NCBI RefSeq assembly: GCF_009834535.1
Contig: NC_045697.1
Location: 70,868,001-70,932,000 of the forward strand
Length of the DNA: 64,000 nt
Reading direction: 5' to 3'
Origin: Camelus ferus
Taxonomy: Eukaryota
Position 1 is the stretch's first letter. Each line of letters opens with the position of its first letter. Position numbers and translations under genes: made by a program. Positions 62,915-64,000 of the stretch are shown one piece after another. The notes beneath the pieces are model-generated. The model made no database searches, had not been told where the DNA came from, and was given only the letters and a program-made list of their open reading frames with translations.

Positions 62915-64000
62915 GAAGTTTCAACTCAGTTATCTCATGAAGATAAGTGAAACCCAGGTAGCTTCTAGAAGTCTTTATAATTCATTGTTTACTACAGATA
63001 CACAATTCACCCTTCGTTCTCTCAACATTTTTCTTGCTTGTCAGACTGCAATATTTCTCTGTACTTCAACACTTAAGCTGCATTCACTCATTCCGAAGGC
63101 CAGAAATCCTGGCTTTTTACTCTGGTCTTATTCACACACCGATTGCTCTGTAAGAAAGGTCGCAAAAGAGATATACACACAGTGGTGCAGTACACAGAAT
63201 GATGTTTGAAGTATAAAAAGAAAAGATTAGGACTTTAATATTTAAACAGGCTTCCTCCAATAATGGAAGTAGGGCACTCTTGTGAAAACGAGGTAAGTCT
63301 CATTAGCCTAAGTAAAGATGCAGTTGCCTTCGGACATGTCTTGCTAACGAAGGCACAAAATAAATTAAGATAAAGCACAGATGCTCGCAGTCATAGTTCA
63401 AAGCTGGGGCAGTCTGATGCTAAGACGCTGAGTGCAGTTTCCGGGAAAGGAGCTGTGTGGTACTGTTCTCGCTGCCTCTAGGACGGCTCCTGCAAAACCA
63501 ACACTGAGTGCTATTTTTGCTTTTTTGCATCTTTTCCTAAAAGCAAAAATTCTCTTCGAATTTCTTTCAGTTAACGAAAACAAGTACAAATACAGGTCTT
63601 TTGTAAAAGTGGGGTAAAGCAAAATTTCAAAAAGCAGGGGATACTTGTGTTTAGTTTTATTTCTAAAATAACAAGTAGCACACATGTGACAGCCCCCTCG
63701 CTCAGTCCAGAGGACAGTTCAGAAATCAGCAGTGTTACGGGGTGAGGATGACAGGGGTGCTGTCTCATGTTCCGCAGCCAGTGCTCAGGCAAGGGCATTT
63801 ACCCATCATGCCTAGCTTCAACTCAGCTAACCCTCACACAGTAGAGGAGTGCTTTACAAAGATTCTTGCAAAGCAACAGTTGATTGAAGAAAATGCTAAT
63901 GTAAGAAACTTCTCTCATATGAAACACATCTTTACAGGTTTTTAGCAATATTTAAAATCATGCAATGCTCAATCTAGTAATTTATAAATATCCACTAACC

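Noticed and set aside
1..64000. All ORFs in the six-frame track as protein-coding genes
   Set aside because: All are 60-138 aa, many start at non-ATG codons, and none resembles a protein family I recognise. Many lie in repeats. This density is expected by chance in mammalian non-coding DNA.

Overview
Mammalian genomic DNA, not microbial. It is AT-rich, CpG-depleted and packed with eutherian interspersed repeats (MIR, L2, L1, MaLR/ERVL LTRs, hAT and Tigger MITEs). A tRNA-derived SINE of the camelid Vic-1 type and young L1 3' ends point to a camelid such as alpaca, llama or camel (inference from recalled consensus sequences). I can support no protein-coding exon: all listed ORFs are short, resemble no known protein, and many lie inside repeats. 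The window reads as a large intron or intergenic interval. I found no convincing new multi-gene system. The most unusual items are: (1) a degenerate ~24-bp tandem array of about 14 copies inside an MLT1 LTR at 49447-49781, multiplying a CATGTGAC E-box-like motif next to tandem STAT/BCL6-like sites; (2) a CpG-retaining segment at ~47100-47830 with minus-strand splice donors and a possible MFSQ micro-start exon; (3) a 25-bp L1 insertion with a perfect 17-bp target-site duplication (TSD); (4) a MER53 palindrome of the miR-1302 source family; (5) several nested transposon stacks. Repeat subfamily names come from memory and need RepeatMasker/Dfam confirmation. Most repeat boundaries are approximate.
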